This document shows, piece by piece, positions 10,011-19,791 of a DNA stretch of 64,000 nt. The stretch comes from Candidatus Poribacteria bacterium (GTDB lineage: Bacteria > Poribacteria > WGA-4E > UBA9662), in NCBI GenBank assembly GCA_036339735.1, contig JAYZAL010000079.1, positions 69,592 to 133,591 of the forward strand. The letters run 5' to 3'. The stretch's first letter is position 1, and each line of letters begins with the position of its first letter. The notes beneath the pieces are model-generated. The model worked only from the letters and a program-made list of their open reading frames with translations, was not told the DNA's origin and searched no databases. A program made the translations under genes and the position numbers.

Positions 10011-11483
10011 TTACGTAAAGCCTTGCGTCTTTTGGGTTTCTAATAACTCTAGTAATTCTTGAACGATCTTGGGTTGATCTAGGTACTGGTTGGTTAATTC
10101 CCCTGGGTCTTGGGCTAAATTATACAGTTGACCTTTGGGGCCGTTAGGTTTTGTTTCTTCACTTCGTGGACTACTAAATCCGCCAGAGCCCAATCCCTCT
10201 ATGAGTTTCCAGTTTTCTCTTCGAATGGCAAAGGTACCACTGGCCGAATGATTAACTATGCTTGAACGAATAGAACCTGTGAAATTTGGATTTTTCAAAG
10301 CTGGTAGTATACTGAAACTATCTTCTGCAGAAAGAGGCGAAGCCGTAATATCCGCTACGGTATTAAATAAGTCCGTTAGGCAAATTGTCTGGTCAGAAAT
10401 TGTATTGGCTTCAATTTTTTCCGGCCAACGAGCAATAAATGGTACTCGATGACCTCCTTCCCAAATGTCAGCTTTTTGACCGCGCCAGTGATAATTGGAA
10501 TGGTGACCAAATTTTTCGATATCGTTTTGATACCAATGTGAACCATTATCACTAGTTACTATAATCAAAGTTTCATTTTCAACACCGGCCGATTCGAGAG
10601 TTGCCATTAATTGACCAATTGACCAGTCAACTTGCATGGTAAAATCACCATAGTAGCCGGCATCGCTTTTGCCTTCAAATTCGGGAATTGGCATCCAAGG
10701 TGTATGTGGGGCAGTTAGTGGGAAATAGAGGAAAAACGGTTGATCTCGCCGTGTTGCTTGTTCAACATACCTAACAGCTTGTTTTGTCAGATCAGGCAAA
10801 ACATCAATGTGACGAAAATTAGGTGCAATTGGACCACCCCGCCAGAACCCACCACCGTTTTGTCTTCGATGACCACTATCTTCAACTTGATCAGTGGGTA
10901 ATTCGACTGGCTTCCCATTTTCAACGTATATGTAAGGGGGCATATCGAGTGAAGCTGGAATACCCCAAAAATAGTCAAATCCATATTGATTAGGACCAGG
11001 AATTAATGGCTGATCGTAGTCAACAGGATCGACCTTCTCAACAGTTGAGTCATAAGGTTGAAAACCGAGATGCCATTTACCAATACAACCAGTTTGGTAT
11101 CCTTGCTCTTTAAGCAAAGAAGCTACTGTTGGCCGACCATCCTCGATTAAACTACGAGAATATCCATTCAGAACACCATTTTTCATTCGGGAGCGCCAAG
11201 CATAACGACCTGTTAGGACACCGTATCGTGTTGGTGTACAAACAGCAGAAGGTGAGTGCGCGTCAGTAAACCGCATCCCTTCGTTAGCCAATTTATCCAT
11301 ATTAGGTGTCGGAATTTTTGAATGATCGTTGTAACAACCAGGATCTCCATAACCCATATCATCAGCTAAAATAAAAATAATATTGGTTTTGCTATCATGA
11401 TTGTTGACTTGTTTTTCTAGTGAACAGTCAGCAGTATAAGTAAGTAAAGTCGGCAATATTCCTAGCATTCGTTCTCCAATCAA
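10011..11483 (-). CDS. Formylglycine-dependent (Cys-type) sulfatase
   Basis: NIIFILADDMGYGD, CTPTR..LTGR, GKWHLG, SDNG, EGGHRVP. Confidence 0.95.
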   Translation of the reverse strand: MIGERMLGILPTLLTYTADCSLEKQVNNHDSKTNIIFILADDMGYGDPGCYNDHSKIPTPNMDKLANEGMRFTDAHSPSAVCTPTRYGVLTGRYAWRSRMKNGVLNGYSRSLIEDGRPTVASLLKEQGYQTGCIGKWHLGFQPYDSTVEKVDPVDYDQPLIPGPNQYGFDYFWGIPASLDMPPYIYVENGKPVELPTDQVEDSGHRRQNGGGFWRGGPIAPNFRHIDVLPDLTKQAVRYVEQATRRDQPFFLYFPLTAPHTPWMPIPEFEGKSDAGYYGDFTMQVDWSIGQLMATLESAGVENETLIIVTSDNGSHWYQNDIEKFGHHSNYHWRGQKADIWEGGHRVPFIARWPEKIEANTISDQTICLTDLFNTVADITASPLSAEDSFSILPALKNPNFTGSIRSSIVNHSASGTFAIRRENWKLIEGLGSGGFSSPRSEETKPNGPKGQLYNLAQDPGELTNQYLDQPKIVQELLELLETQKTQGFT

Positions 11484-11495
11484 TCAGCGAATTGT

Positions 11496-12428
11496 TTAGT
11501 GATAAGGTCGCAGGTGGTCAATCGCTGCTCGTATTTCTTCTACGATCTCTTGAGAAACACGAGGGTTAAATGGACCACCGTTACCACCATCGATATCGGT
11601 AAATCCACTCAAAATCATGGCTTCAACTACTGCGGAGTAATTATAGACCCTACCATTACGGAAGCGGATTTCTTCCAGATCAGCAATTTTATCCTCGATT
11701 TCCTGAGAGGTTTCTAGATCACCAATTCTTTGAGCGTTGTTGATTTCATCCGATGCGCGCGCAAAAATTACAGCTATACCAGATGTGTGTCCTGTAGTCC
11801 CAAGACGATTAGCTTTGGTGCACCGATCCCCGATGCCCCAGATAACCAACCCATTATCACCTATTCCAGTGACTAAAGATTCTATGTCTCCCTCGTCTGT
11901 ACCAACTTTTACACCAATGCAATGTGGGGACTCATTCACCAAGCGGATAACTACATCTCGATCACGTGGCTGCCGGAAATAGTAAATGAAGCGAGCACCA
12001 TACTTTTCACCGCAGTGTTTAGTAAACTGTTTATACTGATGATAAACACCCTCTGGATTATTTATTCCAAACAAGGGCATTAGCAAGTAAGCATCAGGAA
12101 CTCGACTCAGTTTTGATTGTTGTGAAATTAGTTCCTCAGCTTGTGAAATTGGGTTGGGGACGATACCTGAAATCAGAACCCCATTTTTTCCCATTTGCTG
12201 GCCTGTGACATCGACTAGATTTACTTGATCAACCGGACCAATATGGTGTAGCAGGCTAGTACCACCAATCGCGATTATACGGGGTCGGTTCTGGCTAAGG
12301 TAGTTATTTTCCATTAAGTATGCAACATTTTTTCGGTGCCCATCGTAGTCAATCTCGTTACCACGAAAGGGTATTACCGGAATAGTTGTTACGGAATCAA
12401 GGACAGTTAGTAGTGTCGAAAGTTCCAT
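11496..12428 (-). CDS. DHDPS/KdgD-like class I aldolase or dehydratase
   Basis: IPF..EIDY, GGTS in place of GTTGE, IYY..R, and Schiff-base Lys in GVKVG. Confidence 0.7.
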   Translation of the reverse strand: MELSTLLTVLDSVTTIPVIPFRGNEIDYDGHRKNVAYLMENNYLSQNRPRIIAIGGTSLLHHIGPVDQVNLVDVTGQQMGKNGVLISGIVPNPISQAEELISQQSKLSRVPDAYLLMPLFGINNPEGVYHQYKQFTKHCGEKYGARFIYYFRQPRDRDVVIRLVNESPHCIGVKVGTDEGDIESLVTGIGDNGLVIWGIGDRCTKANRLGTTGHTSGIAVIFARASDEINNAQRIGDLETSQEIEDKIADLEEIRFRNGRVYNYSAVVEAMILSGFTDIDGGNGGPFNPRVSQEIVEEIRAAIDHLRPYH

Positions 12429-12476
12429 TTTTTATCCTTTGATTTACTCCATCTAATTTGTACAGCTAACCGTTTG

Positions 12477-12505
12477 AATGTAGCATGCAACCGGACAAGC
12501 GTCAA
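12477..12505 (-). promoter_or_regulatory. Putative sigma70 promoter for the DHDPS-sulfatase-UxuA-PhyH operon
   Basis: Minus strand TTGACG-N17-TACATT about 50 nt before the start. Confidence 0.45.
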
Positions 12506-12538
12506 GGAAAGTGTCCTTAAGCATAAACTTTATTTGGC

Positions 12539-12568
12539 TTGCCAATAAGACTGGAAGGTTGGTAAAAT
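12539..12568 (+). promoter_or_regulatory. Putative sigma70 promoter for tRNA-Leu
   Basis: TTGCCA-N18-TAAAAT just upstream of the tRNA. Confidence 0.45.
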
Positions 12569-12579
12569 TAGGTCTTCGG

Positions 12580-12664
12580 GCCGAAGTGCTGAAACTGGTA
12601 GACAGGCTAGATTCAGGATCTAGTGAGCGCTATGCTCGTAGGGGTTCGAGTCCCCTCTTCGGCA
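12580..12664 (+). tRNA. tRNA-Leu (CAG), CCA not encoded
   Basis: Acceptor stem GCCGAAG/CTTCGGC+A, anticodon arm CTAGA-TTCAGGA-TCTAG, long variable arm GAGC..GCTC, T-arm GGTTCGAGTCC. Confidence 0.97.
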
Positions 12665-12783
12665 TTTCACCACACCCTCCTTATAAACTAGTGTTTATTA
12701 AAGCGTCATTTCTCCGCTAGTTTCAATCTTCCAACTTAGTAAGCTACTACATACTGAATGAGTGCGGGGGCCGGCGAGCTACA

Positions 12784-13785
12784 TTATTTGATTTTTGCCC
12801 AGCTAGTTGCTTTTGATTTTTTCACCTGTTTGACTGACAACAAGGAGGCAACAAAATAAGCAGGTTGATAGTCGGGGGCCGGATGATTCGTCAGGTTGCG
12901 AATGTTTTTACCATGATTATCCATAATATAGATTTCGTAGTTTCCACTACGATTAGAGCTGAAGATGATTTCTCTGCCATTTGGCGACCAGGTCGGATGA
13001 TTATTATCCCATCCACTTTCAGTCAATTGTTGCAAATTGTTTCCATTGATGTCAACAATATAGATTTCATCTCCCTTCTTGTCTCCTCTAACAGCGGAAA
13101 AAACAATCTGTTTCCCGTCTGGTGACCAACGGGGTGTTTTTACGGATTGAAGTTTTGCTTTTTTTGTAACCTCACGTATATTTTTACCATTCGTGTCTAT
13201 CGTAAAAATTCCAGAACTCTTGGCTTTTTTCCCCTTATTGATAACCCATGAGACAAAAACAACTTGCCGTCCATCAGGTGACCAGTTAGGCGAAGTTATT
13301 GAAACGAGTTCAACACCTTTGGTGATTTGGCGTAAATTGTTGCCACTAGCATCGATAACGTAAATTGCAACTTGTTTATGTCCACCTCGATTAGAGACAA
13401 AGGCTATTTTTTGACCGTCTGGCGACCATGCCGGATCATAGTTATTACTAGGATGATCTGTTAACTGGCGCAGTTTTTCACCCTCTTTATCCATTATATA
13501 TATATCAGTTTTCCCATTTTTCCCTTTGTTTTTGCCAGCGTTAGCATTCGAACTTCTTTGAAAGACGATCTGCTGCCTATCTGGCGACCAAGATGGCTTA
13601 TTATCGGCTTTTGGACTATTGGTCAAATTACGAAGATTATTTCCAGTCACGTCCATGATATAAATTTCCGAATTCCAATCTCTATCAGATACAAATAAGA
13701 TACTGGAGTTAACCATCGTCGATAAGTGAAAAATTATAAATGGGAATAACCAATTAAACAGGTAATGTTTCCGATTTTTTTTCAT
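12784..13785 (-). CDS. TolB-like PD40 beta-propeller exported protein with C-terminal TSW motif
   Basis: Repeated P-x-WSPDG..I-x-F-x-S-x-R and EIYIMD..LT; signal-like N-terminus; ends KATSWAKIK. Confidence 0.85.
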   Translation of the reverse strand: MKKNRKHYLFNWLFPFIIFHLSTMVNSSILFVSDRDWNSEIYIMDVTGNNLRNLTNSPKADNKPSWSPDRQQIVFQRSSNANAGKNKGKNGKTDIYIMDKEGEKLRQLTDHPSNNYDPAWSPDGQKIAFVSNRGGHKQVAIYVIDASGNNLRQITKGVELVSITSPNWSPDGRQVVFVSWVINKGKKAKSSGIFTIDTNGKNIREVTKKAKLQSVKTPRWSPDGKQIVFSAVRGDKKGDEIYIVDINGNNLQQLTESGWDNNHPTWSPNGREIIFSSNRSGNYEIYIMDNHGKNIRNLTNHPAPDYQPAYFVASLLSVKQVKKSKATSWAKIK

Positions 13786-14354
13786 TGTAATATTCCAGAG
13801 GCTATCTGTTGGTAAATAGAATAATCGATTGATCCAAACAGAATAAATCTAATTTCTTTAAGCGTGTTACTTTGTCGCAGAAATTCATTCACACTGCTCA
13901 ATGCGATTGTAGCGGCTTTTTCAAGAGGATAACCATAGATTCCAGTGCTAATAGAAGGAAAAGAGAGGCTGGAGATTTCATGCGTAACTGCTAATTCCAA
14001 ACACGATCGATAGCAATTAGCCAGTAGTTTAGATTCGTTTGCACTACCACCTTTCCAGACCGGCCCCGCGGTATGAATCACATACGCAGCTTCAAGACTG
14101 CCACCAGAGGTAATTACTGCTTGGCCAGTTGGACAACCACCTCGTTCACGCCGAATCTGATCGCATTCCTCAGTAATAGTTGGCCCTCCGGCATTACGAA
14201 TTGCACCATCTACACCGGCTCCACCAATCAGTTGACTGTTAGCAGCATTCACAATTGCCATCGTGTTTTGCTTTGTAATGTTTCCTTGTATAATACGAAT
14301 TAGCGATTGATTGACTTGAGTTTCCATTGATTTGTATCCCATATTGATTACCAA
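13782..14354 (-). CDS. Macro-domain O-acetyl-ADP-ribose deacetylase (YmdB-like)
   Basis: IVNAAN..GGAGVDGAI, VIHTAGP, FPSISTGIYGYP. Confidence 0.9.
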   Translation of the reverse strand: MVINMGYKSMETQVNQSLIRIIQGNITKQNTMAIVNAANSQLIGGAGVDGAIRNAGGPTITEECDQIRRERGGCPTGQAVITSGGSLEAAYVIHTAGPVWKGGSANESKLLANCYRSCLELAVTHEISSLSFPSISTGIYGYPLEKAATIALSSVNEFLRQSNTLKEIRFILFGSIDYSIYQQIASGILQ

Positions 14355-14356
14355 GG

Positions 14357-15391
14357 CTACAATATTGGTAAGGCCACAACTCTTCCTGATTGAAGGCTTC
14401 TAGAAACAGCCTCTGTAAATTCCATATACTTAACACCAGTGTCGAATGTACTGTGACTAATTGTTTCTATTCCCCGAATTGCATTGATAAATTCTTCTTC
14501 AACTCTCCAGTAGCCAATTTTATCCTCAGAAATGGAAATTTCATTCAAAGAGGAATCGTCTCTGGTCCCACCGTATAGTTTTCCCGCTGAAAAACGGAGT
14601 GTTGCATCTGAACCAAAAAGGAAAACCTCTGCTACTCCAGAGAGTCCAGCGACACTCGAAATTTGCATATGGAGTTGAGCTCCGCAAGCCATATCGGCTA
14701 AAACATCAATGTGATCAGGAACATGAACAGCTTGACGAATACCATGTTCGTCAATTCGGTTTTTGACAAACGTTTTTCCCATTGCCGATATCCGTTTAGC
14801 AGTTCCAACCCAACGCATGACAGCTTCATACCAAATGCCCATACTCATAATATTCAAGCCACTCAAATCAACGTTGTCTCGCCAATGAAAGACTCCATTT
14901 GGATCTATGAAATTATTCCCAGCTCTTACTTCAATTGCTAGTACATCACCCAAGTATCCGTCACAAATGAGATGTTGAATACTACGATCAACAGCAAGTG
15001 TCATTGGGGAGGGAACGATTTGCGCTATCAATTCGGGATATTTTTGAGAGACCTGATACATTTGGCGAGCCTGTTGTACATCCATTGCCATTCGAGCTTC
15101 ACACATTACATGTTTACCTGCTTCGAGCGAAGCAACTGTCAACTGACAATGCATATAAGGCCATGTACCAATGACGATAGCATCAGTATCATCTGCTTGA
15201 ATTAAGTCCTTCCAATTTTCATAGATTGTGGGGATTCCAAATTCAGCAGCTACCCTTTCAGACGATTGCTGACTTCGATTACAAACACTATTGATTTCCA
15301 CATTTTCGATGGCCTGGAGCCCAGGGATATGTTTGGACGTCGTATTTTGACCCGCACCAACGATACCAACACGGATTTTTTGATTGCTCAT
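14357..15391 (-). CDS. Gfo/Idh/MocA oxidoreductase
   Basis: VGIVGAG Rossmann motif; AGKHVMCEARMA. Confidence 0.9.
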   Translation of the reverse strand: MSNQKIRVGIVGAGQNTTSKHIPGLQAIENVEINSVCNRSQQSSERVAAEFGIPTIYENWKDLIQADDTDAIVIGTWPYMHCQLTVASLEAGKHVMCEARMAMDVQQARQMYQVSQKYPELIAQIVPSPMTLAVDRSIQHLICDGYLGDVLAIEVRAGNNFIDPNGVFHWRDNVDLSGLNIMSMGIWYEAVMRWVGTAKRISAMGKTFVKNRIDEHGIRQAVHVPDHIDVLADMACGAQLHMQISSVAGLSGVAEVFLFGSDATLRFSAGKLYGGTRDDSSLNEISISEDKIGYWRVEEEFINAIRGIETISHSTFDTGVKYMEFTEAVSRSLQSGRVVALPIL

Positions 15392-15612
15392 ATTAGGAAC
15401 CTTTATTAAAAACTTTGTTTATAGCTTATACTGAAAAACTAAAGATCATGAAAACTTAGACTCTATTTGATATAATTCCGATGTTATTTGGATGGTATAG
15501 GATACTGATGGCATGATAAGTATAGCACGAAGTAACCAGTTCTAAATATTTTTCCAAACCAACCACTAATTTATTCATCAAGAATTGAACCAACTATCTG
15601 GAGGGTACCAAC

Positions 15613-17094
15613 GTGAATGACTTGCATAAGCAGAAGGTTGAAATAGGATTGATCGGCTTAGCTGTGATGGGTGAGAATCTAGCCTTGAATATAGAAAGTA
15701 AAGGCTTCAGCATTGCTGTTTTTAACCGAACTATTTCTAAAGTGGATGATTTTATTAACGGTAGAGCCGCTGGTAAAAATCTGATTGGTACGCATTCAGT
15801 TGAAGAGTTCATTGATGTACTACAAAAACCTCGCCGAATCATGTTAATGGTTAAAGCGGGAGAGGCTGTTGATCAGTTTATTGACTTATTGATACCGCAC
15901 TTAGAACCAGGAGATCTAATCATCGATGGTGGAAATTCCAATTTTCTTGATACTGAACGCCGCACCAAATTTTTGAATAAAAAAGGGTTTGGTTTTATTG
16001 GTACTGGTGTTTCTGGCGGGGAAGAAGGGGCCTTGAAAGGTCCAGCCATGATGCCTGGTGGTACGGTGTCAGCTTACCAAATGGTTGAGCCTATCTTTAC
16101 AAAAATATCCGCTCAGGTTGATGGGATCCCTTGTTGTTCTTATATCGGTGATGGTGGTGCCGGTCATTACGTCAAAATGGTTCATAATGGCATTGAGTAC
16201 GGCGATATGCAGTTAATTTGTGAAGCTTATACTCTAATGTCAAATGTGTTGAAAATGAATGCTGACGAACTGCACCAAGTCTTCGACGAGTGGAATAATG
16301 GGGAATTGGGTTCTTACCTGATTGAAATAACGGCCGATATTTTCACCCAAAAAGAAGACGATGGAAGACCATTAGTTGACGCTATCCTAGATCAAGCAGG
16401 CCAAAAAGGAACTGGGAAATGGACCGGCATCTCCTCACTAGATTTGGGTGTTTCTGTACCAACAATCGTGGAAGCGGTTTTTGCCCGTTGTATTTCTGCC
16501 GTTAAATCTGAACGAAAAGAAGCCTCCAAGATTCTATCTGGTCCAACAGAGACATTTCAAGGAGATAAAGTTGAATTTGTTACTGCTATCCGAGATGCTT
16601 TATACGCAGCTAAAATATGCTCTTATGCCCAAGGATTTTCTTTAATGAAAGAAGCCGCATTGGAACATGGTTGGACATTGAACCTAGGGCAAATCAGCTT
16701 AGGCTGGCGAGGTGGCTGCATTATACGAGCCAAATTTCTTCACCGAATTGCAGAAGCATTTGAAAGAAACCCTCAGCTCTCCAATCTTCTGATAGATGAT
16801 TACTTCCGTAACGTGATTGAGTCGACACAAAAAAATTGGCGACACGTGATTTCGACCGCTGTTGGGTTAGGTGTACCAACGCCGGCCTTCAGTTCGGCCC
16901 TAGCCTACTACGATAGTTATCGGAGTGATAGACTATCAGCTAATCTGATTCAGGCTCAACGCGATTATTTTGGAGCACATACATATCACAAAGTAGATAT
17001 GAAAGGTGAGACTATTGTCGATGAAAATGGAAATGCAATCGTTTACCACACTGAGTGGATGCTAGAAAATCGGCCTGAGTTAATTGTTGAATAA
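15613..17094 (+). CDS. gndA: NADP-dependent 6-phosphogluconate dehydrogenase (decarboxylating)
   Basis: GLAVMG, NRT, MVKAG, GVSGGEEGA, KMVHNGIEY, QKGTGKW, QAQRDYFGAH. Confidence 0.97.
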   Translation: MNDLHKQKVEIGLIGLAVMGENLALNIESKGFSIAVFNRTISKVDDFINGRAAGKNLIGTHSVEEFIDVLQKPRRIMLMVKAGEAVDQFIDLLIPHLEPGDLIIDGGNSNFLDTERRTKFLNKKGFGFIGTGVSGGEEGALKGPAMMPGGTVSAYQMVEPIFTKISAQVDGIPCCSYIGDGGAGHYVKMVHNGIEYGDMQLICEAYTLMSNVLKMNADELHQVFDEWNNGELGSYLIEITADIFTQKEDDGRPLVDAILDQAGQKGTGKWTGISSLDLGVSVPTIVEAVFARCISAVKSERKEASKILSGPTETFQGDKVEFVTAIRDALYAAKICSYAQGFSLMKEAALEHGWTLNLGQISLGWRGGCIIRAKFLHRIAEAFERNPQLSNLLIDDYFRNVIESTQKNWRHVISTAVGLGVPTPAFSSALAYYDSYRSDRLSANLIQAQRDYFGAHTYHKVDMKGETIVDENGNAIVYHTEWMLENRPELIVE

Positions 17095-17103
17095 AGATTC
17101 TAT

Positions 17104-18519
17104 ATGTCAGATCTCTGCTTTGCTACAGCTACTGAGTTGATTGAACTGATCCGTAGTAGGTCAGTCAGTGTGTATGAGGTAGTGCAAGCTCACATTGCAC
17201 AAATTGAAACGCTTAATCCACTAGTTAATGCTGTCGTCACTTTTTTGCCAGAACAAGCACTTAGCAGGGCAAAAAAAGTAGATCAACTTTTGGCAAAGGG
17301 AAAACCTGTCGGTCGTTTATCTGGTTTGCCCATTGCCCATAAAGATTCGTTTGCAACGCTGGGTATTCGAACGACTCAAGGATCGGAAATTTTTCGTCAT
17401 GACATTCCAGATCACGACTCTCTTATAATTGAACGACTCAAGAAAGCAGGTGTTATTACACTGGGAAAAACTAACTTGCCTGAGTTTGGTGCAGGGTCTC
17501 AAACATACAATGAAATCTTTGGAGAGACACTAAACCCTTACGATCTTACAAAAACTTGTGGTGGTAGTAGCGGCGGATCTGCCGTAGCGTTGGCTTGTGG
17601 AATGCAACCAATTGCTGATGGTAGTGATATGGGAGGCTCTTTGCGTAACCCGGCTAGCTACTGCAATGTAGTAGGGTTAAGGCCATCACCAGGACGTATT
17701 CCTTCTTGGCCATCCTCAACAGCTTGGTTCCCAATTTCGGTTGTTGGGCCTATGGCTCGAACCGTAGAAGATGTTGCGTTAATTATGTCTGCTATTTCCG
17801 GCCCGGATTATCGATCACCCATCTCCATTTCTGAATCAGCTGATATCTTTCAGCAACCGATAGAACGGGATTTCCGTAAAAGTCAGATCGCTTGGCTAGG
17901 AGACTTGGGAGAATTACCAGTTGATCCCAGAGTTAAGTCTGTTTTAGAATCAAATCGGTCAATATTCGAGGATCTAAGTGAGAATGTTGTTAATGCTTGT
18001 CCAGACTTTTCCGATGCTGACTTGATTTTTAAAACTTGGCGAGCTTGGAAGTTTTCCCTTGATCTAGGTCCATTATTGAAAAACCATCGCGACCAGATGA
18101 AGGAGACGATAATTTGGAATATCGAACAAGGTCAACGACTATCAGCAACTGATTTAGCTGAAGCTGAAATTAAGCGGACGGAACTTTACCATAGGGTAAG
18201 GGTCTTTATGCAGCAGTTCGATTTTATGATCTTGCCAGTTAGCCAACTTCCTCCATTCGATATTCAAATCCGAAGCCCAATCGAAATTAATGGTGAGCCT
18301 ATGAAAACATACATTGACTGGATGAAGTCTTGTTATTATATAACGGTGACGGGGTTGCCTGCAATCTCGGTACCTTGTGGCTTCACTGAGGATGGATTGC
18401 CTGTTGGCGTTCAGATTGTTGGCCGTCATCAAAATGATTTCGGTTTGTTACAATTTGCATATGCCTTCCAACAAGCCACCGGTTTTGTAAAGCTTAGACC
18501 ACCAGTAGTAAACCATTGA
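17104..18519 (+). CDS. Amidase signature family protein
   Basis: HKD, GKTNLPEF, GGSSGGS, GSDMGGSLRNPA. Confidence 0.93.
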   Translation: MSDLCFATATELIELIRSRSVSVYEVVQAHIAQIETLNPLVNAVVTFLPEQALSRAKKVDQLLAKGKPVGRLSGLPIAHKDSFATLGIRTTQGSEIFRHDIPDHDSLIIERLKKAGVITLGKTNLPEFGAGSQTYNEIFGETLNPYDLTKTCGGSSGGSAVALACGMQPIADGSDMGGSLRNPASYCNVVGLRPSPGRIPSWPSSTAWFPISVVGPMARTVEDVALIMSAISGPDYRSPISISESADIFQQPIERDFRKSQIAWLGDLGELPVDPRVKSVLESNRSIFEDLSENVVNACPDFSDADLIFKTWRAWKFSLDLGPLLKNHRDQMKETIIWNIEQGQRLSATDLAEAEIKRTELYHRVRVFMQQFDFMILPVSQLPPFDIQIRSPIEINGEPMKTYIDWMKSCYYITVTGLPAISVPCGFTEDGLPVGVQIVGRHQNDFGLLQFAYAFQQATGFVKLRPPVVNH

Positions 18520-18648
18520 TTTTGGTCTCATGCTAAAAGTTTTTGACATAGAATCTTAGATATTTTATGTAACTAGAGCAAATAATTTATATACCTAATA
18601 TTAGGGTTTATTTCTACACGTAGCGTGTAAGAATTTAAGCTAGGAGAG

Positions 18649-19617
18649 TTGAATTTGAAGCCTAAAATTTTCATTTCTCGGCCGATTCCAGACACTGTTG
18701 TTAATCGGCTAGCCGAAGTATGTGAAGTTGATATGTGGCCGACTAGCCAAACTTTGCCGCCTATAGGAGAAAAAATTTTCAACCTCGACGGATTGATGAC
18801 TTATGGGCATGAATCTGTAACTGCTGACATGATGGATCGTGCCCCGAATTTAAAAGTCATTACTGCTGTCGGTGTTGGTTATGACCACATTGATGCAATA
18901 GAAGCTAAAAAACGAAAGATTTCGGTTGGAAATACACCTGATGTTCTAAGCGACACGACGGCAGACATGACTTTTGCACTCTTACTCAGTGCAGCTCGTA
19001 ATGTCATTCGTGGTAATACCTTTGTACAAAATGAGGAGTGGAGTTATTACGATCCAAATATACTATGGGGGCAAGAAGTCCACCATTCCACTATTGGTAT
19101 CGTTGGCATGGGACGTATTGGTTACTCCGTAGCTAAACGCGCATTGGGTTTTGACATGCGGGTACTATACAACAAGCGAACCCGCCGACTAGATTGGGAA
19201 GCTGATCTCGGAATTGAACATGTAGAACTCGACGAATTGTTAAAAATGTCAGACTTTGTTACTTTACATCCACCGATGAGTAGTGAAACTTACCACTTGA
19301 TTGGTGAGAGAGAGTTAGGATTAATGAAGTCAAACGCAATCCTCGTGAACATTGCCCGTGGTCCGATAGTAGACAGCCAAGCTCTTTATCGGGCTCTCAA
19401 AGATGGACAAATTGCGGGTGCTGCACTCGATGTCACTGAGCCTGAGCCAATCAATCCTGATCATCTTCTTTTAACACTTGATAATTTGATTATTTGCCCT
19501 CACTTAGGTAGTGCGACTCACCAAACAAGAATGAAAATGGCAAATATGGCTGCTGATAATATTTTGGCTGGACTAAAGGGTGAACCTCTTCCTTATGAAG
19601 TTATTGAAACCCGCTAA
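18649..19617 (+). CDS. D-2-hydroxyacid dehydrogenase (glyoxylate reductase/D-glycerate dehydrogenase type)
   Basis: VGYDHID, NTPDVL, GMGRIG, NIARG, LDVTEPEP, PHLGSAT. Confidence 0.9.
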   Translation: MNLKPKIFISRPIPDTVVNRLAEVCEVDMWPTSQTLPPIGEKIFNLDGLMTYGHESVTADMMDRAPNLKVITAVGVGYDHIDAIEAKKRKISVGNTPDVLSDTTADMTFALLLSAARNVIRGNTFVQNEEWSYYDPNILWGQEVHHSTIGIVGMGRIGYSVAKRALGFDMRVLYNKRTRRLDWEADLGIEHVELDELLKMSDFVTLHPPMSSETYHLIGERELGLMKSNAILVNIARGPIVDSQALYRALKDGQIAGAALDVTEPEPINPDHLLLTLDNLIICPHLGSATHQTRMKMANMAADNILAGLKGEPLPYEVIETR

Positions 19618-19791
19618 ATTATTCGATCTGTTTATTGTCAACTTATGTGCTCAGCTCTTATGTTTACATTGGAATCGATTAATCAAAAATCACCTTTAAA
19701 TTTCCTGCACCTAGCAAAGTAAATATTTTGCTTACTGTAAAGTGTAATTGAAACGAGAGATTATGCGCTCTAAACTTTTATTAAAAGCAAA

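Noticed and set aside
11370-11400. Possible frameshift at the sulfatase start (ATG ATA GCA AAA CCA would give MIAKPNIIF with one more A)
   Set aside because: The existing frame is open, reads SKTNIIFILADD and starts right after the upstream gene, so no frameshift is needed.
12580-12790. tRNA-Leu as an island integration site
   Set aside because: No integrase, no duplicated tRNA 3' end noticed, and no obvious compositional shift.
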